Shown here: in pieces, positions 27,355 to 37,940 of the stretch
Layout: every line of letters starts with the position of its first letter
Numbering within the stretch: the stretch's first letter is position 1
Virus record (IMG/VR): IMGVR_UViG_3300013126_000010
Span: 64,001-128,000 of that record
Strand: one strand, 5' to 3'
Length of the DNA: 64,000 bases
DNA from: a virus
Program-made: the position numbers and the translations under genes
The notes under the pieces: generated by a model
Seen by the model: the letters and a program-made list of their open reading frames with translations, nothing else
The model's database searches: none
What the model was told of the DNA's origin: nothing

Positions 27355-29808
27355 TTAGTTGCTATCCTTTGCTAATACTAAACCTCTCCACGTAACACCA
27401 GCATCATAAGTATAAAATCCAAGTATATCAACACCAGTAGTGGTTAATGTTGGGGCAACACCACCAGCCCATTTTACTGATGATGGCCATGTTATATTTG
27501 TTCCAGGATTTGTGACTTCTAAAATAAATGAATACACGTTTCCAGACGTTGACGCATTAATAAATGTAAAAGAAGTGGCACCAGAAATAGTCTTATAGAA
27601 TACCGATCCAGATGAAACATCTATTGAAGTACTTGCAATAGATAACGCTTTTTCTATAGTTCTATTAACTGTTAAATTACCGGAAATAGTTGAACTTGAT
27701 GTAGTAGAAACTGCATTAGTAATCCCATATCCAGCTAGTGTTGTAGGTTTTCCGGTTACAATTTTAGACCAATCTAAATCAGGTATATCATTTGAAGTTA
27801 ATGCCACTGTACCAGAAGTAACTCGACCAAAACTATCAACACCAACACTATAATACGCCCCACTAACTCCAACAGGTTTTAATGCTAAACCAGTAGTCGT
27901 CATAATAATAGTGTTATTATCAGTCATTACATCTTGATAATTAGTTCTCCATGATGGAACTAATCCCGGACCATTAGATGTTAATACTTGTCCAACTTCG
28001 CCGACACCATTTTCCAAAACCAAAGAACTACTTAAATTTAATTGATATATATTTGTGTTCGTAAACGGTATAACTGAAAAATTGTTTTCATATTTTGAGA
28101 TTTCACTTATGTTACAAGATGGAATTGATAATACTGGGTTTGTTAATAAATCAATTCGGCCTGTTATCCCATTAGTACTAATAAAAGTATCATCGTTAGT
28201 AACTAAATCAAAATTATTAAGTGTCAAACCAACAGAAGATATTAATCCAGATATAGAATTATTATTTGGATATTTAACTAAATTAGGACTTGATGATATT
28301 AATAGAAATGAATCTGTTGCATTTAATTCATCGGCTGGCATCCCATATGATGTTAATCCGTCAATTTTATTTTGCCAATTAATTACTCCATTTTCAGTTA
28401 TTTGTAACACAATAACAGTATTAATATATACAGCTTTTATAAAAATATTATTTCCATTATTAGCTATTGCAATTGGTTCAATACTATCAAAATTTGTATT
28501 TGAAATACTTGATAATCTTTTTTGCCAAATAATGGAACCATCAGTGCCTGAAAATTTAATTATAGCAAATGATATATTATCATCAAGGATTAATCCGTAA
28601 ATATCATTATTGTTATCAATGCAAAAATCTATTAATGTGGAAATAGTAGAATTTATATAAATCGAAAATATTTCTGTTGCCAATCCATTATTATATTTTA
28701 TGAATCCAGGTCCTAATACATCTGTTAATGTGTGGAATTCAACAAGTGCTATTAAATTTTGATTAGAATCATATTTTACTTTTCTAAAATTACATTCAGA
28801 AAAACTAGCATAATTTTGGTATATTAATCCATCTAAATTGAATGAAAATTCATAGATGAATTGAATTTCTTGATAATGGTAGCTAATAATGAAAACTGGG
28901 TCAGTTAGATTATTAGTTGAAGGTTTTAACGCAATATCTGCATATTGATTATTATCATAAGATGGTATTAAGTATTCATTTATTAGCATACCGGATTCAG
29001 GATCAATACTTAACAAATATAGATTTGTTTGTTGATCGGAAGCTAAAACAACTAATACTTTATATTTTGATTCATATAAAACTTTAATCGGTGATAAATA
29101 TGTTTGATTTTTTAATTCTTTAGACCATATTAACCCACCATCTGCAGAAAATTTTACAAGAACTCCACCATCCATTCCTTCACTAGGAATACCATATAAT
29201 CTATAGATAAATCCATCTGGATCAATTTCTGTATTAAAATTAATTAGCGAAGTTCTAAATGAATACCAATTCATCCAATAATCATAATGCTTAGTAGTTC
29301 CTATTTCAGTATTACCGGCACTACTCATCATTACTAATGTATTATCAACTGTAGTTAATACCTGACCTAAACCAGCATCCGCCACTTGCACAGAAGAATT
29401 ACCCTGATATATTTTACTAACGATTACGTCCCCAATATCCCCATTGACAGAGGTGACTAAATTAGTGAAATTATCAATATCTTGTATCCATTGATATGTG
29501 GTGCCGTCCCATGATAAAATAGTATTTGCTATCGTTGGTGATGGTAACGGATTCCATGCATCAGTCAAACGTCCTTTACCATCAACGGTAAATCCAAAAT
29601 AATTACCAGGAGTAACTCCTGTATCTGGTAATGTTATTAAATCAATGTTAGAAACTGTCAATTTTAAATCTTCGATTTCAGAATCTATTAATAATAAACT
29701 ATTTTTGATGTATGAATAGTTATCTCTAAATCCTTGTGATGAATTATCTACCCCTAATACGGGAAAGTTTATAACGATATCGTTGATTGCGTTTAGTAAG
29801 TTGCTCAT
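27355..29808 (-). CDS. tail fibre protein
   Basis: N-terminal FPVLGVDNSSQGFRDN, TVDGKGRLT and KPTTLAGYGIT fibre repeats, C-terminal ITWPSSVKWAGG domain; ATAAATA at 29842-29848. Confidence 0.75.
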   Translation of the reverse strand: MSNLLNAINDIVINFPVLGVDNSSQGFRDNYSYIKNSLLLIDSEIEDLKLTVSNIDLITLPDTGVTPGNYFGFTVDGKGRLTDAWNPLPSPTIANTILSWDGTTYQWIQDIDNFTNLVTSVNGDIGDVIVSKIYQGNSSVQVADAGLGQVLTTVDNTLVMMSSAGNTEIGTTKHYDYWMNWYSFRTSLINFNTEIDPDGFIYRLYGIPSEGMDGGVLVKFSADGGLIWSKELKNQTYLSPIKVLYESKYKVLVVLASDQQTNLYLLSIDPESGMLINEYLIPSYDNNQYADIALKPSTNNLTDPVFIISYHYQEIQFIYEFSFNLDGLIYQNYASFSECNFRKVKYDSNQNLIALVEFHTLTDVLGPGFIKYNNGLATEIFSIYINSTISTLIDFCIDNNNDIYGLILDDNISFAIIKFSGTDGSIIWQKRLSSISNTNFDSIEPIAIANNGNNIFIKAVYINTVIVLQITENGVINWQNKIDGLTSYGMPADELNATDSFLLISSSPNLVKYPNNNSISGLISSVGLTLNNFDLVTNDDTFISTNGITGRIDLLTNPVLSIPSCNISEISKYENNFSVIPFTNTNIYQLNLSSSLVLENGVGEVGQVLTSNGPGLVPSWRTNYQDVMTDNNTIIMTTTGLALKPVGVSGAYYSVGVDSFGRVTSGTVALTSNDIPDLDWSKIVTGKPTTLAGYGITNAVSTTSSSTISGNLTVNRTIEKALSIASTSIDVSSGSVFYKTISGATSFTFINASTSGNVYSFILEVTNPGTNITWPSSVKWAGGVAPTLTTTGVDILGFYTYDAGVTWRGLVLAKDSN

Positions 29809-32654
29809 GCTATTTGTGTCCTGTCCGTGGGGAAGTAGATATATTTATCTGTGGTATTATATGAATACTGAATAGAGTAAGCTGAATCTACCACTGGAGT
29901 AAATGATAATGGTGAATTTAATACTGCTTGTTTTGTTGCACCATTATATGATAATATTGTTTTAGTTTCGTTATTAATGATAAAATTCATACCTACATAA
30001 CTATTATCATTAGTAGACGCTGACAAATCCAGCACTACTGTAGAATTTGTGCTATTTGCTTGTAATTTATCATCAATGTTAGAGGCTACTACTATGTTAT
30101 TTTTCGTAGAAGATATGATATATCTATCAATGTCAAAATCGATATCATTGAAATTAAAACCAGTAGTTGAAATATAATTTTGAATATTTAACAATATACT
30201 ATCAGCCATTCCAATTTTGCAATAACATAGAACTATTGCAGGGGTATAATCTAATTCTACCATAGAACCATCTTGAATAGTTCTCATCCATAATGGTAAT
30301 CTATGTCGTTCATGATGTCCCATATCATTAATACGCTTTCTCCATAATGATATACTTGATGGTTGTTTATACTGAGTATATTGATCATTAAATACCATAT
30401 TGGTTCTATCAATAGTTACACTAAATGGGCTATTATCAATTGTTATAGGAACATTGTCTTTCGATGTGAATATATTAAGTGGTAAGTGTTTTTTCCCTAT
30501 TTCTAATGGATCTAATATTTCAACATATATTACTTCATATATTTTAGTATGCGTTCCGGGTATTTTTGCTACAGCCTTTTTTACATCACCGAATTGAAAC
30601 TTTTTTCGTAAATGATTTTGACCAACCGTGCTTAGAATATCAATCATAGATTTAGTTTCTATACCTGCATAAACTAACATGGTCATATCTGATTGTATTC
30701 CGAAATATTGATCACCGTGTCTATATATTGCATCATTTTCGAATACTTCATTATTGTATATAAATGAAGTAAATGCATCTCGTTGTTTTGGTTTCAATAA
30801 TGGTTTTACATAAACGTCACTATACTGAATATCATTTGGTACGTACACCTCTATGGTAAACTTTTTCGATATTTGTGCCAATCCGAACAGGTCACTTGCT
30901 AATACTTCGAATGTATACGATCTATCTATTGTGGTGGTATCATTATCAAGGATAAAATCATAATTAGTAATTCTAGGATATTCGAATTGATTTATTTTTC
31001 CAGTGATTTCCCCTAGACTATTCATATATAATCCAGGAGGCAATGTTCCAGATATTATAGAATAGGTAACACGAATTGTGTTAGTGCATTTTGCTTCAAC
31101 ATATAATGTACTAGGTGTTTCAACTTCTAATACTCCTAGATTTGATTCAGTGATCCATTTAATATTATTATCTATTTCCCCAATAACTTTTAATGTGAAT
31201 GTCCTCGAAGATGACGCAGTATCATAGTTACTTTTATATGTACCAATGTTTGTTGGTAATACAGTTAATGTGGGACCAGTAGCAGATATTGTATGATTAA
31301 TATCTGCATACCATTGATATATTTCCCATGGATATAAAACTGATTGTTCAGAATAATATGTTTCACCAGATGTAAAATTTCTATATATCCAAACAGAATT
31401 TAATGTTGGTCTATACAACTTTACCCCGGATTCACCACTTATATAATCTAAACTGGTGTATATTCTATATGCATCATATGATTCGAGTGCATAATTTCTA
31501 TAAACAATTGTGTTATTTAATTTTATAGGGAAAGTATCTATCGTACTTTCAATTGGTTCTGGTCTAACTTTCCCAATTCTAGTAGCAGTAACTGTGAAAT
31601 TAAATGTTTTGGTAACTGCCGGTTGATATGGTATGATTCCAAATATTTCTGCAGTAGTAGTATCGAATTGCATTCCGTGCGGTAACTGACATATAGTTCC
31701 ATCTGGATTGAAAGTATCTATTGAATATAATACTGGATTTTTTGCTTCTGTTTCATATATATCTAGTTTAAATGTTTGATAATTGCTTGCACGTACAGAT
31801 CCTAAATCACTTGGGGTAAACCATAATGGATTTCTTAAACTGCTCACGTCTGCTGTATAATCAGTATCACCTAAGTGTAAACTATCATTGTCACTAAAAA
31901 ATGAATCATCACCAACAACAAATATTTTAAATTTTCGTTGGGTTATTGTATTTCCGTCAGAAATAGATACTACAAATTCATAATTTCTATTAAGTTTTTT
32001 AGGCTGCGGATAATACTCGGAATAACCATATCCTAAAAAATCGAAACCATATGAATCAAAACCATATGAATTTATTGTTCCTTTATCATATCCAGCACTA
32101 TCATATGGATTCGTATCATAAAATCCAGATGATTGTTGGTTTAATGTTTGTGATAGTAATGGTTTTATAAATCCATATATTCTACCGGTAGGTGATAATG
32201 TAAGTCCAGGAGGTAATATTCCATCTTTTTGGTTAATCCAGAATGTCAACTGCTGACCAGCAACAATATCATTATCAATTGCTAACAACTGGAAATCGAC
32301 ATATGATTCATCAAGTATATAATAAGAATCACTTGGCCCAATCGGTAATTCACCTTCATTTGTGACCCATGATGTAATATCAGCGCCATCAACATTTATG
32401 GTAAAAGTTCTATCTGATATCAAGCTGTTAAGAACTGCTCGTATAACAAATTTTGATTTTTTTAATGATACTACTTCGTGTGGTGTACCAATGATTTCAT
32501 TATTTTTTAAATAAAGTCCCCCAGGCAATGATCCAGATATCAATGTTGTAGTCGTATTAATAGAATCTACTAATGGCAATGTATATTGATATGCAGATGC
32601 TTCAGGTATAGTATCTAATGATATAGGGTTAGGAATACTCCAAATATTTGCCAT
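29805..32654 (-). CDS. large Ig-like-repeat structural protein (baseplate wedge-like)
   Basis: Repeated SGxLPPGL...GxIxG putative-Ig motifs. Confidence 0.65.
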   Translation of the reverse strand: MANIWSIPNPISLDTIPEASAYQYTLPLVDSINTTTTLISGSLPGGLYLKNNEIIGTPHEVVSLKKSKFVIRAVLNSLISDRTFTINVDGADITSWVTNEGELPIGPSDSYYILDESYVDFQLLAIDNDIVAGQQLTFWINQKDGILPPGLTLSPTGRIYGFIKPLLSQTLNQQSSGFYDTNPYDSAGYDKGTINSYGFDSYGFDFLGYGYSEYYPQPKKLNRNYEFVVSISDGNTITQRKFKIFVVGDDSFFSDNDSLHLGDTDYTADVSSLRNPLWFTPSDLGSVRASNYQTFKLDIYETEAKNPVLYSIDTFNPDGTICQLPHGMQFDTTTAEIFGIIPYQPAVTKTFNFTVTATRIGKVRPEPIESTIDTFPIKLNNTIVYRNYALESYDAYRIYTSLDYISGESGVKLYRPTLNSVWIYRNFTSGETYYSEQSVLYPWEIYQWYADINHTISATGPTLTVLPTNIGTYKSNYDTASSSRTFTLKVIGEIDNNIKWITESNLGVLEVETPSTLYVEAKCTNTIRVTYSIISGTLPPGLYMNSLGEITGKINQFEYPRITNYDFILDNDTTTIDRSYTFEVLASDLFGLAQISKKFTIEVYVPNDIQYSDVYVKPLLKPKQRDAFTSFIYNNEVFENDAIYRHGDQYFGIQSDMTMLVYAGIETKSMIDILSTVGQNHLRKKFQFGDVKKAVAKIPGTHTKIYEVIYVEILDPLEIGKKHLPLNIFTSKDNVPITIDNSPFSVTIDRTNMVFNDQYTQYKQPSSISLWRKRINDMGHHERHRLPLWMRTIQDGSMVELDYTPAIVLCYCKIGMADSILLNIQNYISTTGFNFNDIDFDIDRYIISSTKNNIVVASNIDDKLQANSTNSTVVLDLSASTNDNSYVGMNFIINNETKTILSYNGATKQAVLNSPLSFTPVVDSAYSIQYSYNTTDKYIYFPTDRTQIA

Positions 32655-32663
32655 GTAGAATCC

Positions 32664-33566
32664 TTAGCTCAAATTCACCCACACACCATTCTGATAGCCC
32701 TGGAACGCATTGTCAGTCGTGTTGTAAATCATATCACCAGCGACAGCGGTAATGGCATCTCGTTCAATGGTGGTCATCTGAGCGAGTCTCAGTGGTGCTT
32801 TAACAGTTAATTCCTCTAACGTGGTTGGAATATAATGAATCCCATCCCACACTAATAACTGATTTATAGCAGGGACATTGGTTGAAACATTATACAATCC
32901 TTCAATACTATGATTACTTATATTGTCTACCGTGCCAGATACATCACCAATGACTGATCCGGTATGAACTCCAGTAGTATTACCGAATACGTTGCCATAT
33001 ACATCACCCGTAAGTACACCATCAATAGATGTTGTTACAGTAATGATATCAGTTACAATATTACCACATGTTATATTTTTACCACTGGCATTTACATCAG
33101 ATGAAAATATTATAGAATTGTTAGTTTTTAATACTAATGATTTATCAGAAAATAATTCTACCGCATTATTTACAGTAGATATTGCTATTTCATTCAGTTT
33201 TAGGTTAGAGTATTCACCATCAACTTTATTGAATATTGAATACCCATTAGTGTCTAAATCACTAGAAAGAGTAGGTGATAAATCATCAATTAACCCATTA
33301 ATAGATTCTGGTACACTAATTATAATATGTTCAGGGGTATCTGTTATAATAACTTGCTGAGAATATGATATTAATGGTTTGAATTTTATATTTACACCAT
33401 CAACTACTAACACTGAAGAACCGGTGGTTGTGGTGTTGTCAAATGTGTTTAATCTTTCTTTTAGATATTTTAAATTATTATCTGTTTTGTGGAAAGCAGT
33501 ATTAAGGTCATCTGCTGTTCCAGAATTAGCCAATGCTCCAAAATTGTAATTAGTCCATTCAGTCAT
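32664..33566 (-). CDS. baseplate/tail structural protein (gp9/gp10-like N-terminus)
   Basis: ANSGTADDLNTAFHK motif. Confidence 0.6.
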   Translation of the reverse strand: MTEWTNYNFGALANSGTADDLNTAFHKTDNNLKYLKERLNTFDNTTTTGSSVLVVDGVNIKFKPLISYSQQVIITDTPEHIIISVPESINGLIDDLSPTLSSDLDTNGYSIFNKVDGEYSNLKLNEIAISTVNNAVELFSDKSLVLKTNNSIIFSSDVNASGKNITCGNIVTDIITVTTSIDGVLTGDVYGNVFGNTTGVHTGSVIGDVSGTVDNISNHSIEGLYNVSTNVPAINQLLVWDGIHYIPTTLEELTVKAPLRLAQMTTIERDAITAVAGDMIYNTTDNAFQGYQNGVWVNLS

Positions 33567-33575
33567 TTTTATTCC

Positions 33576-34727
33576 TTATAATTGGTATACACTAAACCAT
33601 GTTGTTCCATCACATGCAATAATAGCTGATGTCATTACAGTGTTGAGTATATCTATTCCACTATACTTCAAGTTAATATTATCACTGCTAGTACTATGAA
33701 TAATTACTGATCTACCAGCGATAAGTGGTAAATTATATACCCGTGCTGAACCGTGGGTGTCATTAATTGATAACACAGTTGGTAAATTTGCATTGGTAAA
33801 TGTAATTGGTCCAGTTGTAGAATCGACTAAAGCAGATGGTGATGGCTCTAATGCAGTTATTCTAGATGCCAATGAAGATTCAGCTGATTGTGCGCGTGTT
33901 ATCTCATTATTAATACTAGTTGTTCTTGATGATGCTTCATTGCTTATAGCAGTAGTTAATGATGCTTCGGCTGCTTGGGCACGTGTTATCTCACTATTAA
34001 TACTGGATGTTCTTGATGATGCTTCATTACTGATAGCAGTAGCTAATGATGATTCAGCTGATTGTGCGCGTGTTATCTCATTATTAATACTAGTTGTTCT
34101 TAATGATGCTTCATTACTGATAGCAGTAGCTAATGATGATTCAGCTGATTGTGCACGTGTTGTTTCGGATGAAATAGCATCAGAAATGGTTGTAATACTA
34201 TTGGTAATAGCCAGTTCAGCCGCAGTTGCTCGTGATATTTCAGAATCCAACGAAGAAATTGATGCTACTACGTTGCTATCAACGGCAATAGTTCCAACAG
34301 TAAGTTCAATAGGTAAAATACCATACCCAGCCGTAAATGCATTCCATGCTAATTCATTACTGAAATAATACTTACCACCGCTTTCTGTAATTTGATCAGT
34401 ATATAGATTGGCTAATGAATTTGCTGATATTAGTATATTATTATCTGATGATACATCAATGGTAACACCTGCTCCAGCGATAATATTTCTGCATGAAATA
34501 CTATTACCAGAATTGTTGCTCATTAAAAGTTGATTGGAACTATATGGATTGGTAGTTTTATTTCCAAAATCGGATAGATTTGCAAATTTTAACGTATCTC
34601 CACCAAGTATTGCACTGGATAGTAACGAAAAATTAGAATTAACTTTTTTGAATGCTTCTCTGATGGTGTCACCAGAACCGTCATTTCCACGTGTCCCTAC
34701 ATCGATGGATTGAATTGTTGTTGCCAT
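33576..34727 (-). CDS. baseplate/tail fibre protein with coiled-coil repeats
   Basis: GNDGSGDTIREAFKKVN N-terminus; EITRAQxAE repeats; ATAAATA at 34755-34761. Confidence 0.65.
   Translation of the reverse strand: MATTIQSIDVGTRGNDGSGDTIREAFKKVNSNFSLLSSAILGGDTLKFANLSDFGNKTTNPYSSNQLLMSNNSGNSISCRNIIAGAGVTIDVSSDNNILISANSLANLYTDQITESGGKYYFSNELAWNAFTAGYGILPIELTVGTIAVDSNVVASISSLDSEISRATAAELAITNSITTISDAISSETTRAQSAESSLATAISNEASLRTTSINNEITRAQSAESSLATAISNEASSRTSSINSEITRAQAAEASLTTAISNEASSRTTSINNEITRAQSAESSLASRITALEPSPSALVDSTTGPITFTNANLPTVLSINDTHGSARVYNLPLIAGRSVIIHSTSSDNINLKYSGIDILNTVMTSAIIACDGTTWFSVYQL
33878..34160. repeat. 87-bp (29-aa) coding tandem repeat, about 3.3 copies
   Basis: Unit SLATAISNEASxRTTSINNEITRAQSAES. 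Confidence 0.9.
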
Positions 34728-34775
34728 TAGGATAAAATCTCCGCATATTTCTATTATTTATCCATAATAGAAAAC

Positions 34776-35477
34776 TCAGATCCAATGGTTTATAATAATA
34801 TCATCGATGACATCTGATGGCTTTGGATCGCCATGAAAAACTAAAATTTTAGTGTCCGGGTGAATAATAGGTGCTGATTTTTGTTGGAATGTTATCTTAT
34901 TTTCGATTTTTATTAATTCATTTCTATTTCTCACTTCCCATTTATAACTTCGTATCCAGTTATCAGGAAAATATTCAAAATTATCGGTTAAGTATTTATT
35001 TAAAAAATCTTGGTCACCATGAAATGAATGTATTTGATTAAAATCATTTTTCAGAATGTCCCAAAGATGGTGGTAATTGGCTGATTTAAATTTGAATACC
35101 GAACTATTGAATTTCGTCCATGTTGGTATCGATGCTCTAGTAAAATCCCTGATGATACTAAATTTGGTTGGTTCATACTGAAATATATCGTCAATGTTGT
35201 TAATTATGACGACATCGAGGTCAATAAATAAAATTTCACCATGGATAGGCATTTCATCACTGAATACCCACGGTTTGAACCACCATCCAGATAAATTGTA
35301 ATCTGGTAATGGTATATGATGTATATTTGGGTGCAACCCAAGTGGATCTTCTGTTATACAAGCAAAACGAAAAGGAATTGTTAAGTTCCTTTTCGTCATG
35401 TTGTACAATTTATTCACATAATCATATGAATATTTGGTGCCATGCTTTAGACATAACACCCATTTTTCATTTAGCAT
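34776..35477 (-). CDS. glycosyltransferase-like protein (GT-A)
   Basis: CLKHGTKY, WWFK, FIDLD (DxD), GDQD, FHGDPKP. Confidence 0.7.
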   Translation of the reverse strand: MLNEKWVLCLKHGTKYSYDYVNKLYNMTKRNLTIPFRFACITEDPLGLHPNIHHIPLPDYNLSGWWFKPWVFSDEMPIHGEILFIDLDVVIINNIDDIFQYEPTKFSIIRDFTRASIPTWTKFNSSVFKFKSANYHHLWDILKNDFNQIHSFHGDQDFLNKYLTDNFEYFPDNWIRSYKWEVRNRNELIKIENKITFQQKSAPIIHPDTKILVFHGDPKPSDVIDDIIINHWI

Positions 35478-35701
35478 GCACCTGGGCCACTGATAGGCTG
35501 TGCATTACCATTTTCATCAATCAGTATTTTAACGTGGTCAATACATCTCGTTTCAATACGTCCATTTAAACCATACGAATAGTCTGATTGTGTTGATATC
35601 GTATCCCCGTTAAGAGCAGGTATTGCGATAGATGCAATAATACCAATAATAGCAATTACTATCATCAGTTCAATTAAAGTGAATCCGTTAACAGCTTTCA
35701 T
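35471..35701 (-). CDS. short type IV pilin-like protein
   Basis: G|FTLIELMIVIAIIGIIASIAIP class III signal/N-methylation helix. Confidence 0.85.
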   Translation of the reverse strand: MKAVNGFTLIELMIVIAIIGIIASIAIPALNGDTISTQSDYSYGLNGRIETRCIDHVKILIDENGNAQPISGPGAC

Positions 35702-35713
35702 ATGTTTCCTGTA

Positions 35714-36175
35714 TTATGCAATTGTGCGATTAATTGAACCATATCTGATAGCAATTCTTGTCAGAATTGTTGGATGGCTCAGGTCTTTGTTATACTTACC
35801 AAGAACGATTTCTTCGGCAATATCATCAGGTTTTGATGATGAATAATCAAAACTACCCAGTTTGATATCACCAAGTAAGCAACCACCAAAGGTGATGGTT
35901 TCAATTACATTACCGTTATTCAGTACTTCTAAATTCATATTGAACTTAGTATGCTGTGTACCAGTGTTTAATGATTGGATACTTTTAGCCAGATCGTTAT
36001 TTACATCATCTTCACAATACAAATATACAGTGGCATAGTCACGAGTAGAATTGAGTGAAAATGGGGAGATTTTGACCAATTGTTCTGAAATCACAGTTGT
36101 TACTTCATCCTCGACTGTGCGGCATTTGATTGATAGACGAAAATTATCACGCAGTTTTGGTGTACGAATTGTCAT
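35714..36175 (-). CDS. divergent tail-tube-like protein
   Basis: TPKLRDNFRL...LEVLNNGNVIETITFGGCLLGDIKLGSFDYSSS resembles the gp19-type tube pattern. Confidence 0.45.
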   Translation of the reverse strand: MTIRTPKLRDNFRLSIKCRTVEDEVTTVISEQLVKISPFSLNSTRDYATVYLYCEDDVNNDLAKSIQSLNTGTQHTKFNMNLEVLNNGNVIETITFGGCLLGDIKLGSFDYSSSKPDDIAEEIVLGKYNKDLSHPTILTRIAIRYGSINRTIA

Positions 36176-36209
36176 ATTGTTACCTTGAGTTGTTGTTAAA
36201 AAATTGTAG

Positions 36210-36452
36210 TCATTTCCATTTAAGAATATAAAATATTAGCTTTTCTTCTGTAAATAATACTCTGACATTTATCATCATATCACCATCTGGTGTATATGTC
36301 AATAGTTTTTCGATAGAAACAGCATTATTTTTCACCCATCGTCCTTTTGATGTTTTCATAAATTGTTCAATACTACTATCATGATACATCATTTTAGTAG
36401 TATACACTATGATTGATTTTAATGTGCGAGTTTTTCCTGCTACCAGGGTCAT
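36210..36452 (-). CDS. hypothetical protein with C-terminal FxLKW motif
   Basis: 80-aa ORF. Confidence 0.6.
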   Translation of the reverse strand: MTLVAGKTRTLKSIIVYTTKMMYHDSSIEQFMKTSKGRWVKNNAVSIEKLLTYTPDGDMMINVRVLFTEEKLIFYILKWK

Positions 36453-37627
36453 AATGCTTTTAATAATACTTGATTTTCAGTTAATTTTCCAGATGCTTTG
36501 ATATCTAATGTATCAATATCATCAATAAAAGTCTTTAAAGCTAGTTTACCACTATTTTTAAACTTTGTCAACTGTTCAACTGGTTTTAATAACGTTTTTC
36601 CTATGGATTTTATACTATCATAATTATCAATAGAGGTTCCATTGACCGATAACCCCCCATCTTTACCAACAAATCGATAAAGTTTCCTAGTTTTTGTATC
36701 ATAAAGGAACAATTCGGTTGCACCAATGATGGTAATGGGATCAATACTACTCAAACCCAATTTTTCATCCGTTGATTTGAACTTTAGTTTTGCCACCATC
36801 TTTTCTTTACTGATAGGTTTGGCTGCACGAGGTTTCTTGATATTGGTATTTTCTACCAGTTTATCACATTCCTCAAATAATTTCAAGTATATTTCATATA
36901 ATGATCTTATTAACTTTATTGGGTATGAGCTATATGCTTCTTTTATTTGTTCATCACATGTTTTTTCTACTACTGACTGTAATTCAGTTGATATTGATGC
37001 AAATGCAGATTTAATGGTCGCAACATGCTGATGTTTAATGTTATATTCTCGTAATAGTTCATCAACTTTTATGATAATAGATTGATTTTTGTAAAATTTT
37101 TCAACAATATCATCAAATTCTGAAATAAACCGGTGAACAATCTCTTCATTTTTATCCACTTTTGGTTTTTCTTCAATTTGATCATCGTCATCAAACTCTG
37201 AAATATCCTGTTTACTGTCCTCTAGTATGCTTACAATGCGATTGCTTATCCAACCCTTTATGTCATGGTTACCCAATGCTAAGGAACGTTCTACAGGCAT
37301 TCCATTAAGCACACAGCTTATTAATCCACTAATGGTTGAATTGCATCTCCAATCTTTTACTTTTTTGAATTGTCGTATGGTATCTACATCATATCCTTCT
37401 ATAGTCATCCATTTTATAACTAATCGCTTTGATTCCTTTTTGTCTAACATGAGGTTGTAATACTGCATTGCCTCGTGGAATTTACTTCTGAATTCAGTAT
37501 CAATCCATTCTTCTGCACCGTTCCAGCTGGGACTGTTATCTTGTTTTAATGATTGTCGTATGGTATGAATATTGGTTGTTGATTTTTTCTTACGTGATTT
37601 TGCCGCCATTGTTCGCTCCGAATGCAA
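36449..37627 (-). CDS. hypothetical protein
   Basis: 392-aa ORF. Confidence 0.8.
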   Translation of the reverse strand: MHSERTMAAKSRKKKSTTNIHTIRQSLKQDNSPSWNGAEEWIDTEFRSKFHEAMQYYNLMLDKKESKRLVIKWMTIEGYDVDTIRQFKKVKDWRCNSTISGLISCVLNGMPVERSLALGNHDIKGWISNRIVSILEDSKQDISEFDDDDQIEEKPKVDKNEEIVHRFISEFDDIVEKFYKNQSIIIKVDELLREYNIKHQHVATIKSAFASISTELQSVVEKTCDEQIKEAYSSYPIKLIRSLYEIYLKLFEECDKLVENTNIKKPRAAKPISKEKMVAKLKFKSTDEKLGLSSIDPITIIGATELFLYDTKTRKLYRFVGKDGGLSVNGTSIDNYDSIKSIGKTLLKPVEQLTKFKNSGKLALKTFIDDIDTLDIKASGKLTENQVLLKAL

Positions 37628-37709
37628 TTATTTATTAATGATAGCAAATTTTTTAGATCTTACAAGATGGTGAGTTATGATCAGTTGTCCAATCATAACT
37701 CAAATGATA

Positions 37710-37940
37710 TTATTTTTTAGATTGACACGCATCTACTATGGCGTTGACTTGGTGTGACATATTGACATAATTTTTTAACAATATGTTACCTCCATCATCA
37801 GCCATAATGTTGTCTGCAATTTCAATATTTGCAGATTTTGGGATTTTTGCAGCTGGTTGTAAATTATCAATAGCTAATTCACATTGTGAACGAGCACAAC
37901 CAGATAGTAATACTATGATGAATAATGATAATTTTCTCAT
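37710..37940 (-). CDS. small lipoprotein (spanin-like candidate)
   Basis: Lipobox LSGC at residue 15. Confidence 0.55.
   Translation of the reverse strand: MRKLSLFIIVLLSGCARSQCELAIDNLQPAAKIPKSANIEIADNIMADDGGNILLKNYVNMSHQVNAIVDACQSKK

Noticed and set aside
26340-34727. Diversity-generating retroelement targeting the tail fibres
   Set aside because: No reverse transcriptase and no adenine-variant TR/VR repeat pair seen in the window
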